From: the human T2T-CHM13v2.0 reference genome, Homo sapiens
Length of the DNA: 64,000 nt
Assembly (NCBI RefSeq): GCF_009914755.1
Contig: NC_060948.1
Reading direction: 5' to 3' (one strand)
The stretch's first letter is position 1; each line of letters opens with the position of its first letter. The position numbers and the translations under genes are program-made. Below the pieces are notes generated by a model. It had not been told where the DNA came from. It searched no databases and worked only from the letters and a program-made list of their open reading frames with translations. Shown piece after piece: positions 40,228-55,062 of this stretch.

Positions 40228-40530
40228 TGGTCAAAGGAAATAAATTTCAATGAGACAGAAGGAATACTTTCAAGACATCCATTGTACAACATGGTGACTA
40301 TAGTTACAAACAATGTATTGTATCCTTGAAAACTGCTAGAAGAGTAGATTTTAAGTTTTCTTACCACAAAACCAATGATAAATGCATGAGGTTACATATG
40401 TTTTATGATTTGGTTTGATTTAACCATTCCACAATGTATACATATACCAAAACATCATATTGTACACCATAAATGTATACAGTTTTTTGTCAATTAATTT
40501 TTTCTAAATTAAATATATTTTAAAAACATT
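40228..40530 (+). mobile_element. L1MA 3' end fragment
   Basis: TTGTACAACATGGTGACTATAGTTA; AACCATTCCACAATGTATACATAT. Confidence 0.82.
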
Positions 40531-42582
40531 CAAAAAGCTGTAGCATGGCTTGAATCAGGGATCAAGAGCTTCCTACACATTAGTTTTGGTGTTAGGATCA
40601 TTCCAGTTGTAATTAGTTATTGATTTTAGTAGCACTACCACTGAAGACCTTATCTACTTACCAGAAACAATAAGGGACCATGTCTGAGTAGTCATTGTTC
40701 CTAGGGACTCATATACAATTAGCTGGGCAATTCAAAAATTCACTGCAAAATTCAGTTTTTAGAACTAGGAGGTATTCAATAAAAGTGTGTTGAGTTTGTG
40801 AAGAAAAAAATAAACAAATTTTAAATAACAAAACACATACAAAAAGGGTCACTCTTTGTAGTAAACTCTCAGCACATGGCTCAGGGTCTAGTGCACAGTG
40901 GTATCCAGTAAATATTTGTTGAATTAATTAATAAAGAGTTCAAATTTTAAAATAGTACCTGCCTATAAGCAGGAGTTTAATAACCAAAAAAGCATGTGAT
41001 CCTACACTTTTGATGCTATCATCCAACCATCTGTGTTTCCATGGGACTGATGTGTAATTTATGGGACTGGGATTTGATGTAAATTCAGGAATTGTTGGGA
41101 GTAGCTATTCAGTAGTGAGAAGGAAAAGAAAACACTGACACATGGAACTGAGTGTCTTTGTTTTGGCAAGGACAGGAACTGTATTCTGATACAAGGGTAG
41201 GGGATGGGGGTTCCTGGTAAACACATTAATAGCACTCATATGTTTCTTTCCAACACAGATTTGAGAGAGCTCTTCAAATGGGGATCCAAAGCATATCTTT
41301 GTAGGTTTTGCTCACAACACTCTTGGAAAATCACTGAGTGTCATGAGAGGTGTTATTGACACAGGCCTGTCATGCGGGGGAGTGACAGAAAGGCCTCCTC
41401 AGAAAGACTCTGACGGCCCACAGCAGAGGGCAGAAAAAAAAAAAAAAAAAAACCCTCTCCAGATGATTGCAATACTAGCAATGTCAGCACCTATTTACCA
41501 AATACAGAGATGAAAAACAATACAAAGATTTGGGTATTGATGTATAGAAGACATAAGAGTGAGGGGAAAAATGTTTCCCAACAAACATTTCTCAAATAAT
41601 TATGTGTTGTGTCAGTAAAGGTCACTGTGATTTTATAGGCCTTCAGGTGTAGGTTTACTTGTGTTTGCTTATGATGTATGATTGCTTAAAGGTGTTATTC
41701 CTGAAAAGACATCATAATATAATTAAAAAGTTGGCAAAAGTGATGTCTTATTGCTCTCTTTGTTTATTTTTTTAATAAAAAAGAAAACTGCCATTGCACT
41801 CTGCTTGGAGTACAATGACCATAAACCAAGAGACAGAATTTACATTCTTGGAAAATCACACACTGTGATTCCCTTGAAAAGGGAGACGACTTTTGCTCTG
41901 GAAAAGACACATATATAGAGATCCCAATTAAAATGTGTCTATTCTTCCAAATACTCTCTCATTTAATCCTTGGATACCTGGAACTGATAACTAAGAGGTA
42001 ACATTGGCAGCTATGTACTAAATGCAAATGCAATAATGGAATCCTCATTTTTGGGTGGGTCTTTGCATAGACCCTTACATGCACGTGCACACACATGCAT
42101 GTATATTCATTTTTATATTTAGAATCCACTCATGTTAAATACCTATAGCCTTTATATTCAGAGCTGTTTGCTCAGACGTTCTTTCACAGTGTGCAAAGCT
42201 CATGCTTTTTTCCAAGCTCAAAACCACTTCTATGATTCTCTTCTCACCACCTAAATAGGAGTCCAGCATTATACTCTCCTTGCTTTGAGCAAATTCACAA
42301 ACTACATTTTGGTCAGAGTTAAACATGCAATGAGTCATTAAGAGTTAAATCTAGGAAGTAGATTTGGGATGGTTTACACTTTTCATTATAGCTTTTCCTA
42401 TTTTTCTTCTAGTATATAATAAAAAAATTGTTTAAATAAAAAAACAAGTGCCTATAATTTATAATTTATATACGTATGTGTGAGAGTCATAAACTCAGGA
42501 GTTTAAAGCATTCTCAAATTTTCTTATGTCACCATGTCCTAAATAAGTCATAGTTAGAATCTCCTCAAAGCCACCTAGGACT

Positions 42583-42877
42583 GGCTGGGTGCAGTGGCTT
42601 ACACCTGTAATCCCAGCAATTTGGAAGGCTGAGGCAGGCAGACAGCTTGAGTCCAGGAGTTCCAGACCATCCTGGCCAACTTGTGAAACCCTATCTCTAC
42701 CAAAAAATACAAAAATTTGCCAGGCATGATGGTACATGCCTATAATCCCAGCTACTCATGAGGCTGAGGTGAGATAATCTTGAACCTGAGAGGTGGAGAT
42801 TGCAATGAGCAAAGGTCCTGGCCACTGAACCCCACCTTGGGTGACAGAGTGAGACTCTGTCTCAACAAACAGAAAAA
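42583..42877 (+). mobile_element. AluS/J
   Basis: GGCTGGGTGCAGTGGCTTACACCTGTAATCCCAGC; full dimer. Confidence 0.9.
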
Positions 42878-43569
42878 TCACCTGGGGCTTGTGAAAATGA
42901 AGTGTGTTAATATCCAAGCTGAACGAGCAGTGTGGCTGATAGGCTTTTTAAATTTTGCCTTGCACTTGTTGAAGGCTTAAAGAAAATCTTCATTTCCTGG
43001 GTGAACTGAAACCTGGCTAAATGCTTTTGTTAGGCACTCCTTGTTGAGCAATCATTATGTCTATTAAATGCTTGATTCCATCACATCTGGGGAGTTTACT
43101 CCTCAGAAAAGAAGAATTGGGATGGTGGTTTCATAAATGTAAAGCAAACTTCAGGCTAAGCCCCCTCCGTAAATGTGAGTCAAGAGTCCATCAGCTCACC
43201 TGTGAGAGATCTATCAGGCAGTATTCACTTCAATGCCCCTAAATATTAGGGCATTCAGTCCTTGAATCTCAGCTATGCACACTTTTCTAGGTGATCTTAT
43301 TCAGTTTCATGATTCTAACCAGTACCTGAGTACTGGTGACTCCAGCAGTGACTTCCACCCTGAATACACACCCACATATTCAAGTGCTTCTTGAATAGGA
43401 ATCTTAAATTTCATATGTCTAAAGTGAGTGATTATTGCTATTTTACCCAACCTGCTCCTCTGTTCGGTAAATGAAACCTTCTTCAGTTTAATTTGACCCA
43501 AGCTTTGGATACATCTTGGACTTTGCTGTTTCTCTCATATCCCCCCAAGCTCTATGCCTGTCTGTCAGT

Positions 43570-45230
43570 AGTAGGAAGTTAATGGTACAACAAATTGCCT
43601 TTTACCTTAGAAGTGATGTTCCAGCTTGCCCTAGACTGCTGGACCCTCAAACTCCACCAGTGTGTCAGGCCTCACCAGTGTAAAGTCTTCTCTTGAGTTA
43701 ATCTCTCCCCTTTTGGCATGACTGTCTTAGTAGACCATAAACAGAACTTGCCACTTCCTGCTCAATAATGTGATGTTATAAATACAATAGACTAGTGTGA
43801 TGCTGTGAAGAATGTCAAGATGATCAAAAAGAGACCATGACAGTCAGAGAGCAAAATAGTCAACATGTGAAGGAAAAATGCTTTTGATCATTCCTGATAA
43901 GGAGTACAAAGAAGGAATAATTCTCAAATAGTGACATAGTAAACACGATTTTTGAACTGCTCCATTAAACATACCATTTCTGGAGTAGTGACTACAACTG
44001 GGGCTACTGTCTCATTAGGTCTTTGTTGAACCTATATGTCCCAATTGGCTTTTGCACAGATTAGATAAATGATTTGAATAGCATATGATGGTACCCACAG
44101 CTCCTGAGTCTTTAACACCTTCATGCTGGCCCTAACCTTTGCAATTTCTCCTGCAAATTGCAAGTTTAGGCGTTTCTCCTTGGCTTTTACTGTTATAACA
44201 ACCTTTACTTCTCAGATCTGAAAACTTGCATGAAACCTCTGCCCACTTCAATAGATAATCTCAGTTATACACTTGCAAACTTGGAGAATGACCTGGAAAA
44301 CTCTACAGGACCATTGAACCTGCTATGAGAAGAAATTGGGTCAAAAGTTCAAATGTAAGACTCCTAAAAATTTCTAAGTATTCAATTCTCCCTAACGCTC
44401 TTGCACTGAGGAAAAGTAACAGAAATATCCACCCATTATGGTCTTGTAATAGTGCTGTAGGGTCTTTCCTCAGCAGAATCTAGTTTTTCCTCCTATTAGT
44501 GGGATCTAGGTCTGTGAGCTACCTTAGCTTTGCAAACTGATTAAGGGGCTTGGACTTTGATAGAGCTTTCCATTTGTGAGTTCTAGTTTTTTTTTATAAA
44601 AGCAATAGAGAATCACCACTGAAGCCACGATACTCTATTAGCCACAGGTTCCCCAGGCATCAGGCTTCTGGACTGTTACTCTGGGTCAATGCTGGTTACA
44701 GGAATTAGGTCCACATTGCATCTGATGGCTAACTGCTGGTACTTCCTCCACCAGAATTTAGCCAATGTCATTCATATTAGTTGTATGGCTGCATCATTCA
44801 GTCTCAACCCTGGCCTATGGATAACAGCCACTGAGTAGCTTCTAAAATGGGCCAATGCCCCATTCATTCATGCATTGCTTGGAGCCATAGTGAAGTGGGG
44901 AGGGTTGCGTTTGAATCCTCTGAGAATGAAGTCATGTAGGAGGTGTCTAATTTTGCATGTGCAATTCATTCTAGCATCCCAGCTTCTCTTATCCTTCTCA
45001 CCCCTTCCAATCGCTATGCTAAGGAGATCTGGCAACTCCACCTTATTTACAGAAGGCATTGCTGTGTCCACTATTCCAGGGCCTTCACATCAGATTCTCA
45101 GGATCAGCTCTAGATGTCCTCCTAGAAACTTGAACCTCAAGGCACATGTGGTGCTACATAATCAATGACTTCTCTCTTATTTAGCTTTGTATTATTCTCC
45201 TCCAATTCCATAGTTACTGTCTTAAGATCC
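43570..45230 (-). mobile_element. Ancient ERVL/MaLR internal (pol-like) relic
   Basis: Weak recalled similarity (ACTTCCTGCTCA...AGTGTGATG; AGCCACTGAGTAG); no usable ORF. Confidence 0.35.
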
Positions 45231-45255
45231 AAGTCCCAAGGCAGGCACAGCAGGA

Positions 45256-45520
<265 letters not shown>

Positions 45521-45569
45521 TACAGGTCAGTGTTGCAACTCCTCTGACATGCAGGAATTTGTTTCTGAA

Positions 45570-45885
45570 TGTTTGAAATGCTTGTTCTCCGGTGTTGTAA
45601 AGAAATAGCACTTGAACCTAAATGTAATTTATTTAGTAAGGCCATTTTTAGTTCCTACAGAAAGGGTACACTTGCCAGCAGTTTTGTCATGAAAGTACAC
45701 CGAAGAAAGCAGACAGGGTCATTTATAACCTGATGTGTCCAGCGATTTCCATTCGCTGGAATAGGACCTCACATTCTGTATTTGTCCTGATTGACTAGCA
45801 ACTTAGAATTTTTTAAAAGAGGCAAAGGTAGATGATAACAAAGAAAGGAGGAAGTAACCTGTGGAAGGCTGAGAAAGGAAAAAAT
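45570..45885 (-). mobile_element. ERV1 LTR (LTR10/HERV-I-like), 3' part only
   Basis: TGTTTGAAATGCTTGTT terminus; AAAGAAATAGCACTTGAAC; CAGGGTCATTTATAACCTGA (TATA box on minus strand); cut off by an L1 tail. Confidence 0.75.
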
Positions 45886-48624
<2,739 letters not shown>

Positions 48625-51600
48625 CTGCTGTAGCTAGACTGACTGTCTAGATTTCTCCTCTCTGGACTGGGCATCTGTGAAAAAAATGGCAGAAACCCCA
48701 GTCAGGGGCATATAGATAAAACCCCCACCTCTCTGGGACAGAACACCTGGGGGAAGGACTGGCTGTGAGTGCAGCTTCAGCAGACTCACACATCCCTGCC
48801 AGCTGGCTCTGAAGAGAGCAGTGGATCTCCCAGTTCAGTATTTGAGAACTGCTAAGGGTCAGACAGCGCCGTCAAGTGGGTCCCTGACCACCATGTCTCA
48901 GGACTTCCCAGAAGGGGGTCCCAGAAGAGGCTGACAGACAACCTCCCAGAAGGGGCTGACAGACAACTCGTAGATGAGAGCTCCAGCTGGCATCTGGTAG
49001 ATGCCCCTCTGGGACAAAACTTCCAGAAGAAAGAATAGGAAGCAATCTTTGTGGTTCCGCAGCCACCACTGGTGATACCCAGGCAAACAGGATCGAAAGT
49101 GGACCTCTAGCAAATTCCAGCACACCTGCAGCAGAGGTACCTGGCTATTAGAAGGAAAACTAACAAACAGAAAGAAATAGCATCAACATCAACAGAAAGG
49201 ATGTCCACTCAAGAACCCCATCTGAAGGTCACCAACATCAAAAATCAAAGGTAGATAAATCCATGAAGTTGGGGAGAAACCAGCACAAAAAGGCTGAAAA
49301 TTCCAAAAACCATAGTGTGTCTTCTCCTCCAAAGGATGTGAGCAAAGCAACAAAACTGGATGGAGAATGAGTTTGATGAGTGGACAGAAGTAGGCTTCAG
49401 AAGGTGGTTAATAAATTTTCCAATCTAAAGTAGCATGTCCTAACTGAAAACAAGGAAGCTAAGAACCTTGATAAAGGTTACAAGAACAGCTAACTAAAAA
49501 AAAAACAGTGTAGAGGAGAATACAAATGACCTGATGAGGCTGAAAAACACAGCAAGAGAACTTTGTGAAACATACACAAGTACAAATAGCCAAATTGATC
49601 TAGCAGAAGAAAGGATATCAGAGATTGAAAACTGACTTAATGAAATAAAGCATGAAGGCAAGATTACAGAAAAAAAGAATGAAAGCAACAAACAAAGCCT
49701 CCAAGAAATATGGGACTTTGTGAAAAGACCAAACCTAGGTGGTGTGCCTGAAAGTGAAGGGGAGAATGGAACCAAGTTGGAAAACATTCTTCAGGATATT
49801 ATCCAAGAGAACTTCCCCACCTTGCAAGACAGGCCAACATTCAAATTCAGGAAATATAGAGAACACCACAAAGATAATCCTCGAGAAGAGCAAGCACAAG
49901 ACCCACAATCATCAGATATACCAAGGCTGAAATGAAGAAAAATTGTTAATGGCAGCCAGACAGAAAAGTCAGTTTACCCACAAAGGGAAGCCCATCAGAC
50001 TAACAGCAGATCTCTCTGCAGAAACCCTACAGAGAGTGGGGACCAATATTCAACACTCTTAGAGAAAAGAATTTTCAACCCAGAATTTCATATCCAGCCA
50101 AACTAAGCTTCATATATGAAGGAGAAATAAAGTACTTTATAGACAAGCAAATGCTGAGAGATTTTGTCACCAACAGGCCTGACTTATAACAGCTCCTGAA
50201 GGACGCACTAAACATGGAAAGGACCAACTGGTACCAGCCATTGCAGAAGCATACCAAATTGTAAAGACTATTGACACTATGAAGCAACTGCATGAACTAA
50301 TGGGCAAAATAACCAGCTAGCATCATAATGACAGGATCAAATTCACACATGATAATATTAACCCCAAGTATTAAATATTACTTAAATATTTGTATTAACT
50401 ATTAAATATTTACTTAAATGTAAATGGGATAAATGCCCCAATTAAAAGACACAGACTGTCAAATTGGATAAAGAGACAAGATCCATCAGTGTGCTCTATT
50501 CAGGAGACCCGTCTCACATGCAAAGACACACATAGATTCAAAATAAAGGGATGGAGGAATATTTACCACATAAATAGGAGGGAAGAAAAAGCAGGGGTTG
50601 CAATACTTGTCTCTAATAAAACAGACTTTAAACCAACAAAGATAATAAAGACAAATAAGGACATTACATAATGGTAAAGGAATCAATGCAACAAGAAGAG
50701 CTAACTCTCCTAAATATATATGCACCCAATATAGGAGCACCCAGATTCATAAAGTAAGTTCTTAGAGACCTACTAAGAGACTTAGACTCCCACGCAATAA
50801 TAGTGGGAGATTTTAACACCTCCCTGTCAATATTTGACAGATCAATGAATCAGAAAACTAACAAAGATATTCAGGACTTGAACTCAGTCCTGGACCAAGC
50901 AGACCTAATAGACATCTACAGAACTACCCACCTCAAATCAACAGAATATACATTCTTCTTAGCACCACATCTCACTTATTCTAAAATTGACCACATAATT
51001 TACGGAAGTAAAACACTCCTCAGCCAATGCAAAACAATGGAAATCATATCCAACAGTCTCTCAGACCACAGTGCAATCAAATTAGAACTCAGGATTGAGA
51101 AACTCACTCAAAACTGCACAGCTACATGGGATCTGCACAATCTGCTCCTGCATAACTACTGGGTAAATACCCAAATGAATGCAGAAATAAAGATGTTCTT
51201 TGAAACCAATGAGAGCAAAGACACAATGTACCAGAATCTCTGGGACACAGCTAAAGCAGTGTTTAGAGAGAAATTCGTAGCACTAAATGCTCACAGGAGA
51301 AAGGAGGAAAGATCTAAAATTGACACCCTAACATCACAGTTAAAAGAACTAGAGAAGCAAAAGCAAGCAAATTCAAAAGCTAGCAGAAGATGAAAAATTA
51401 CTAAGATCAGAGCAGAACTGAAAGAAACAGTGACATGAAAAGCCCTTCAAAAAATCAGTGAATCCAGGAGCTGTTTTTTTGAAAAGATCAACAAAATAGA
51501 TTGACTGCTAGCCAGACTTAAAAAGAAGAAAAGAGAGAAGAATCAAATAGATGCAAGAAAAAATTATAAAGGGGATATCACCACTGATCCCACAGAAATA

Positions 51601-51718
51601 TAAACTATCATCAGAGAATACTATAAACATCTCTGTACAAATAAACTAGAAAATCTAGAAGAAATGGATAAATTCCTGGACACATACACCCTCCCTACAT
51701 ATACCCTCCCAAGTCTAA
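48625..51718 (+). mobile_element. Inverted 5' segment of an L1PA7/8-type element (partial 5'UTR, ORF1, ORF2 endonuclease)
   Basis: ORF1 remnant from about 49270; ORF2 ATGACAGGATC at 50328; EN fragment [24 protein letters not shown]; ends where the minus-strand piece starts in L1 coordinates. Confidence 0.93.
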
Positions 51719-51980
51719 TCCTCCACAGATTTTTCTTAGCATGAGGCTTTTTTTTTGATCCCTGCCTCAAGGCCAGTGGCTTATCAATGGAGTATTGAAG
51801 TAATTGAGCACATGAAAATACAGAATGGGTTTCACTCCACTCTTAAGCATCTGACTTGTAATGGAAAAAAATGGACAACTGAAGTTTCAGGGATACAGGG
51901 ATTTGCCTCTTTTCCTAGCACCATGTCTTGCAGCTTGTACCAAGTTATTGTCAGTGGATTTCTCCTATATAGGTTTTGGG

Positions 51981-52200
51981 CAAAGTTTCTCAACCTTGGT
52001 ACTGCTGACTTTTTGGACCAGATAATTTTTCATAGTAGCAGTTGACCTGGACATTGGAGGATGTTTAGCAGAATCTCTGTTCACTACCCACTGGATGACA
52101 GTAGCACATCCTGCCTCAAGTTGTAAACTTAAAAAATGTATTCAGACACTGCCAAACATCCCCGGGGTGAGGGCATAATCATCGCCAATTGAGATCCCTG
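51981..52200. mobile_element. MER20 hAT DNA transposon
   Basis: CAAAGTTTCTCAACCTTGGTACTGCTGACTTTTTGGACCAGATAATT ... TTGAGATCCCTG. Confidence 0.82.
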
Positions 52201-52354
52201 GTTTAGAGCAGTTGGAAAGCTCTAATTTATCTTATTGGAGAACTGACATATTACAGCAAACAATAATAACAACAACAGAAATATATGTTCCAATGTTTGG
52301 AAGTCTTCTCCTAACCTAAATTGTGTGCAAGTGTCTGACCTATAGAACAGAGAC

Positions 52355-52470
52355 TGTGTGTGTGTGTACGTGTGTGGGCATATATTATATATATATATGT
52401 ATATATTTGTGTGTGTGTATATATACATAGAAGTGTGTGTATATATAAAAAATAGTGTGTGTGTGTATAT
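52355..52470. repeat. (TG)/(TA) compound microsatellite
   Basis: Direct reading. Confidence 0.88.
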
Positions 52471-53132
52471 AAATCTTCTCCAATAGATAGTATGTTGAGT
52501 ATGTGCTGCGATAGTGTTTGAATTACTCCAGCAATTCAAGTCACATAATGGGAGACCATAACAGGATAATTTTTTTCCCATCTACTCAGACACCACTAAA
52601 TTTAATTCTTCGGGCACCAGATGGGTGGAAGTTTGTCCAAACATGCCAAGAAATTCTCCTGTGGACAGCAGCTGGATGTCCTGTAGTTAAGTTCATTTCT
52701 GATGCTACCTAGAGATGGTGTCAAATCCCACAGGTTGAGGACTGAGTCGCAGAAGACTGCCCCCCACCCCTGCAATCCTCTCAATGTCAGTCACAAATCC
52801 CAGGTGTGACCTGTGCTTCTGACTGGCTATAAAAAGTGGGTATTCCCATAACCTTCTCGTCAGGTTAAGTGAATTTTCAAGAGTGGTCACAGAACTCAGT
52901 AAAACACTTTATTTACATTTATCTGGTTATTAGGAAGGATATTACAAAAGATACAGATGAATGAACAGATAGAAGGGATTCATAGGGCGAGGGATATGAC
53001 AGCATGTGCAGAGCTTCCATGCTCTTTCTGGGTCCATAATCCTCCAGGAAGCTCCATGTTATCTGATATCTGGATGTTTCTGATATCTGATATCTGGATA
53101 TAAATAAATTTCTGTTATTTACAAACCCCACC

Positions 53133-53511
53133 TGCTATGGTTTGGCTGTTTCCCACCCAAATCTCATACATTGTATCTTAATTGTAGTTCCCTTAATCCC
53201 CAAGTGTTGTGGAAGGAACCAGGTGGAGATAATAGAATAACGTGGGCAATTTCCCCCAACATGTTCTCATGTTAATGAGTGAGATCTTATGAGATCTGAT
53301 GGTTTTATACGGGGCTTTTCCCTGCTTCACTCAGCACTCCTTCCTGCCACCAAGTGAAGAAGGACGTGTCTACTTCCCCTTCCGCCATGATTGCAAATTT
53401 CCTGAGGCCTCCCCAGCCCTGTGGAACTGTAAGTCAATTAAACGTCTTCTCTTTTTAAATTACCTAGTTTTGAGTATGTCTTTATTGGCACCATGAGAAC
53501 GAACCAACACA
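53133..53511 (+). mobile_element. THE1 solo LTR nested in MER21
   Basis: TGCTATGGTTTGGCTG..CCCAAATCTCAT; TSD CCACC / CCACT. Confidence 0.9.
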
Positions 53512-53585
53512 CCACTCTTTGGGGCTTGTTGTGGAGTCTTTATGATGCAGGTATGATTGGTTAAATCACTGGTCATTGGTGATTA

Positions 53586-53937
53586 TGCCATGTTCTGAAT
53601 GTATGTGTCTACTCAAATTCATAGTGATGGTATTAACAGGTAGGGCCTTTTAGGAAGTGATAAAATCAGGAGCATTCTGCCTTTATGAATGGGAGTAGTT
53701 CTCTTGGAAAGAAACTTGATGGGAGCATTGTAATCTTTTTAGCACCTTCTTTTATGTAAGGACCCAGCAACAGGTGCTATCTCTGGAGCAGAGCAAGCCC
53801 TCATCCAAAACTGAATCAGCAGACATACTTCCTTGGACTTCCCAGCCTCAAGAACTGCAAGAAATGAATTTCTGTTATTTACAAATTACCCGGGATAAGA
53901 GAGATAGTCTGTCATAGCAGCATGAATGTATAAGAGA
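53586..53937 (+). mobile_element. MST/MLT1A-type MaLR LTR nested in MER21
   Basis: TGCCATGTTCTGAATG..CAAATTCATA; CTTGGACTTCCCAGCCTC; GTGAT flanks both sides. Confidence 0.82.
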
Positions 53938-54792
53938 GTGATCAATTAAAACTTCAACTCTTCTCCCCTCCCCAAGGTCAAGAGTTGGAGCCACAAGCTC
54001 CAACCCTCTAATGACAAGGTTGTTTTCTTGGCCATTAGCCTGCATCCTGAGGCTCTCCTGGAGCCCACTGAGAGTCGCATTACAAGAAAAAAAACATTTT
54101 CCTATCACCTAGGAAATTCCTACAAATTTAGGAACTCTTTGATGGAAACTGAGGGTTAAAGACCAAGTCATAGAACCAAAGATTCTCCTAGCACCCCTAC
54201 GTATGTGGTTTTAGAAACTCTGTGTCAGGACTCAGGGTACAGAGAACAAAAGATATATTTCTTAGTATGTCACAATATCTCACAGGCACTTTAGGAGAGT
54301 ATTGGATGGACCTGGACACACCTGTCCTGGGTCATTCAGGCTATTTCCAGCTAGGTCATTACTAACTCAAAAACAGGCCAGTAGTGTCACACTGACTGAC
54401 TTGAGAGAGGGAACAGAAATAACATTCCTCCTCCTCCATTCATTTCCCCAAAAAAACCATTTCTACTATGAGGAAAAATTACAGCAGGTACTTGCTCTTT
54501 TGCTGTATAGGTGCTGTCTTTTCTTTCTGCATTCAGCTTTCTTTAAATTACCACCTCTTTCCTCCCCATCCTCCTCCTCTTCTTCTATCTCCTTCTCTTT
54601 CTCTCTTTTCCACCCCTCTCCCCCTTTTTTCTCCTCTCTCTCTCACATGCACACATACACACTTACCCAGTTTTGAAGTAACACTCTGATTTCTCTCAAA
54701 GGAAGAAAAAATAACTCAATAATCTCATTATTGATGAGATCTGATTGGCTAAAACATAACTTCTTCCAAGATAGTATTTGAAAAATTGTTTT

Positions 54793-55062
54793 GGCCAGGC
54801 ACAGTGGCTCATGCCTGTAATCCCAGCACTTTGAGAGGTCGAGGTGGGTGGATCATGAGCCTGGCCAATATGATGAAACCCCATCTCTACTAAAAAATAC
54901 AAAAATTATCAGGGTGTGGTGGTGTGCATCTGTAGTTCCACCTACTCAGGAGGCTGAGGCAGGATAATTACATGGAACCAGGAGGCAGAGGCTGTAGCAA
55001 GCCGATATTTTGCCACTACATGCCAGCCTGGGTGACAGAGTGAGACTCTGTCCCCAAAAAAA
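54793..55062 (+). mobile_element. AluS with deletion in the left arm
   Basis: GGCCAGGCACAGTGGCTCATGCCTGTAATCCC; GGATCATGAG joined directly to CCTGGCCAA. Confidence 0.9.

Larger units (their letters stand above)
52549..54284 (-). mobile_element. MER21-family LTR, split by two nested MaLR LTRs
   Basis: TCAAATCCCACAGGTTGAGG; AGAACTCAGTAAAACACTT; AAGGATATTACAAAAGATACAGATGAA; terminus TCACAATATCTCACA. Confidence 0.82.

Noticed and set aside
50803-51393. 196-aa endonuclease-like ORF
   Set aside because: Fragment of L1 ORF2 EN domain in a disrupted element
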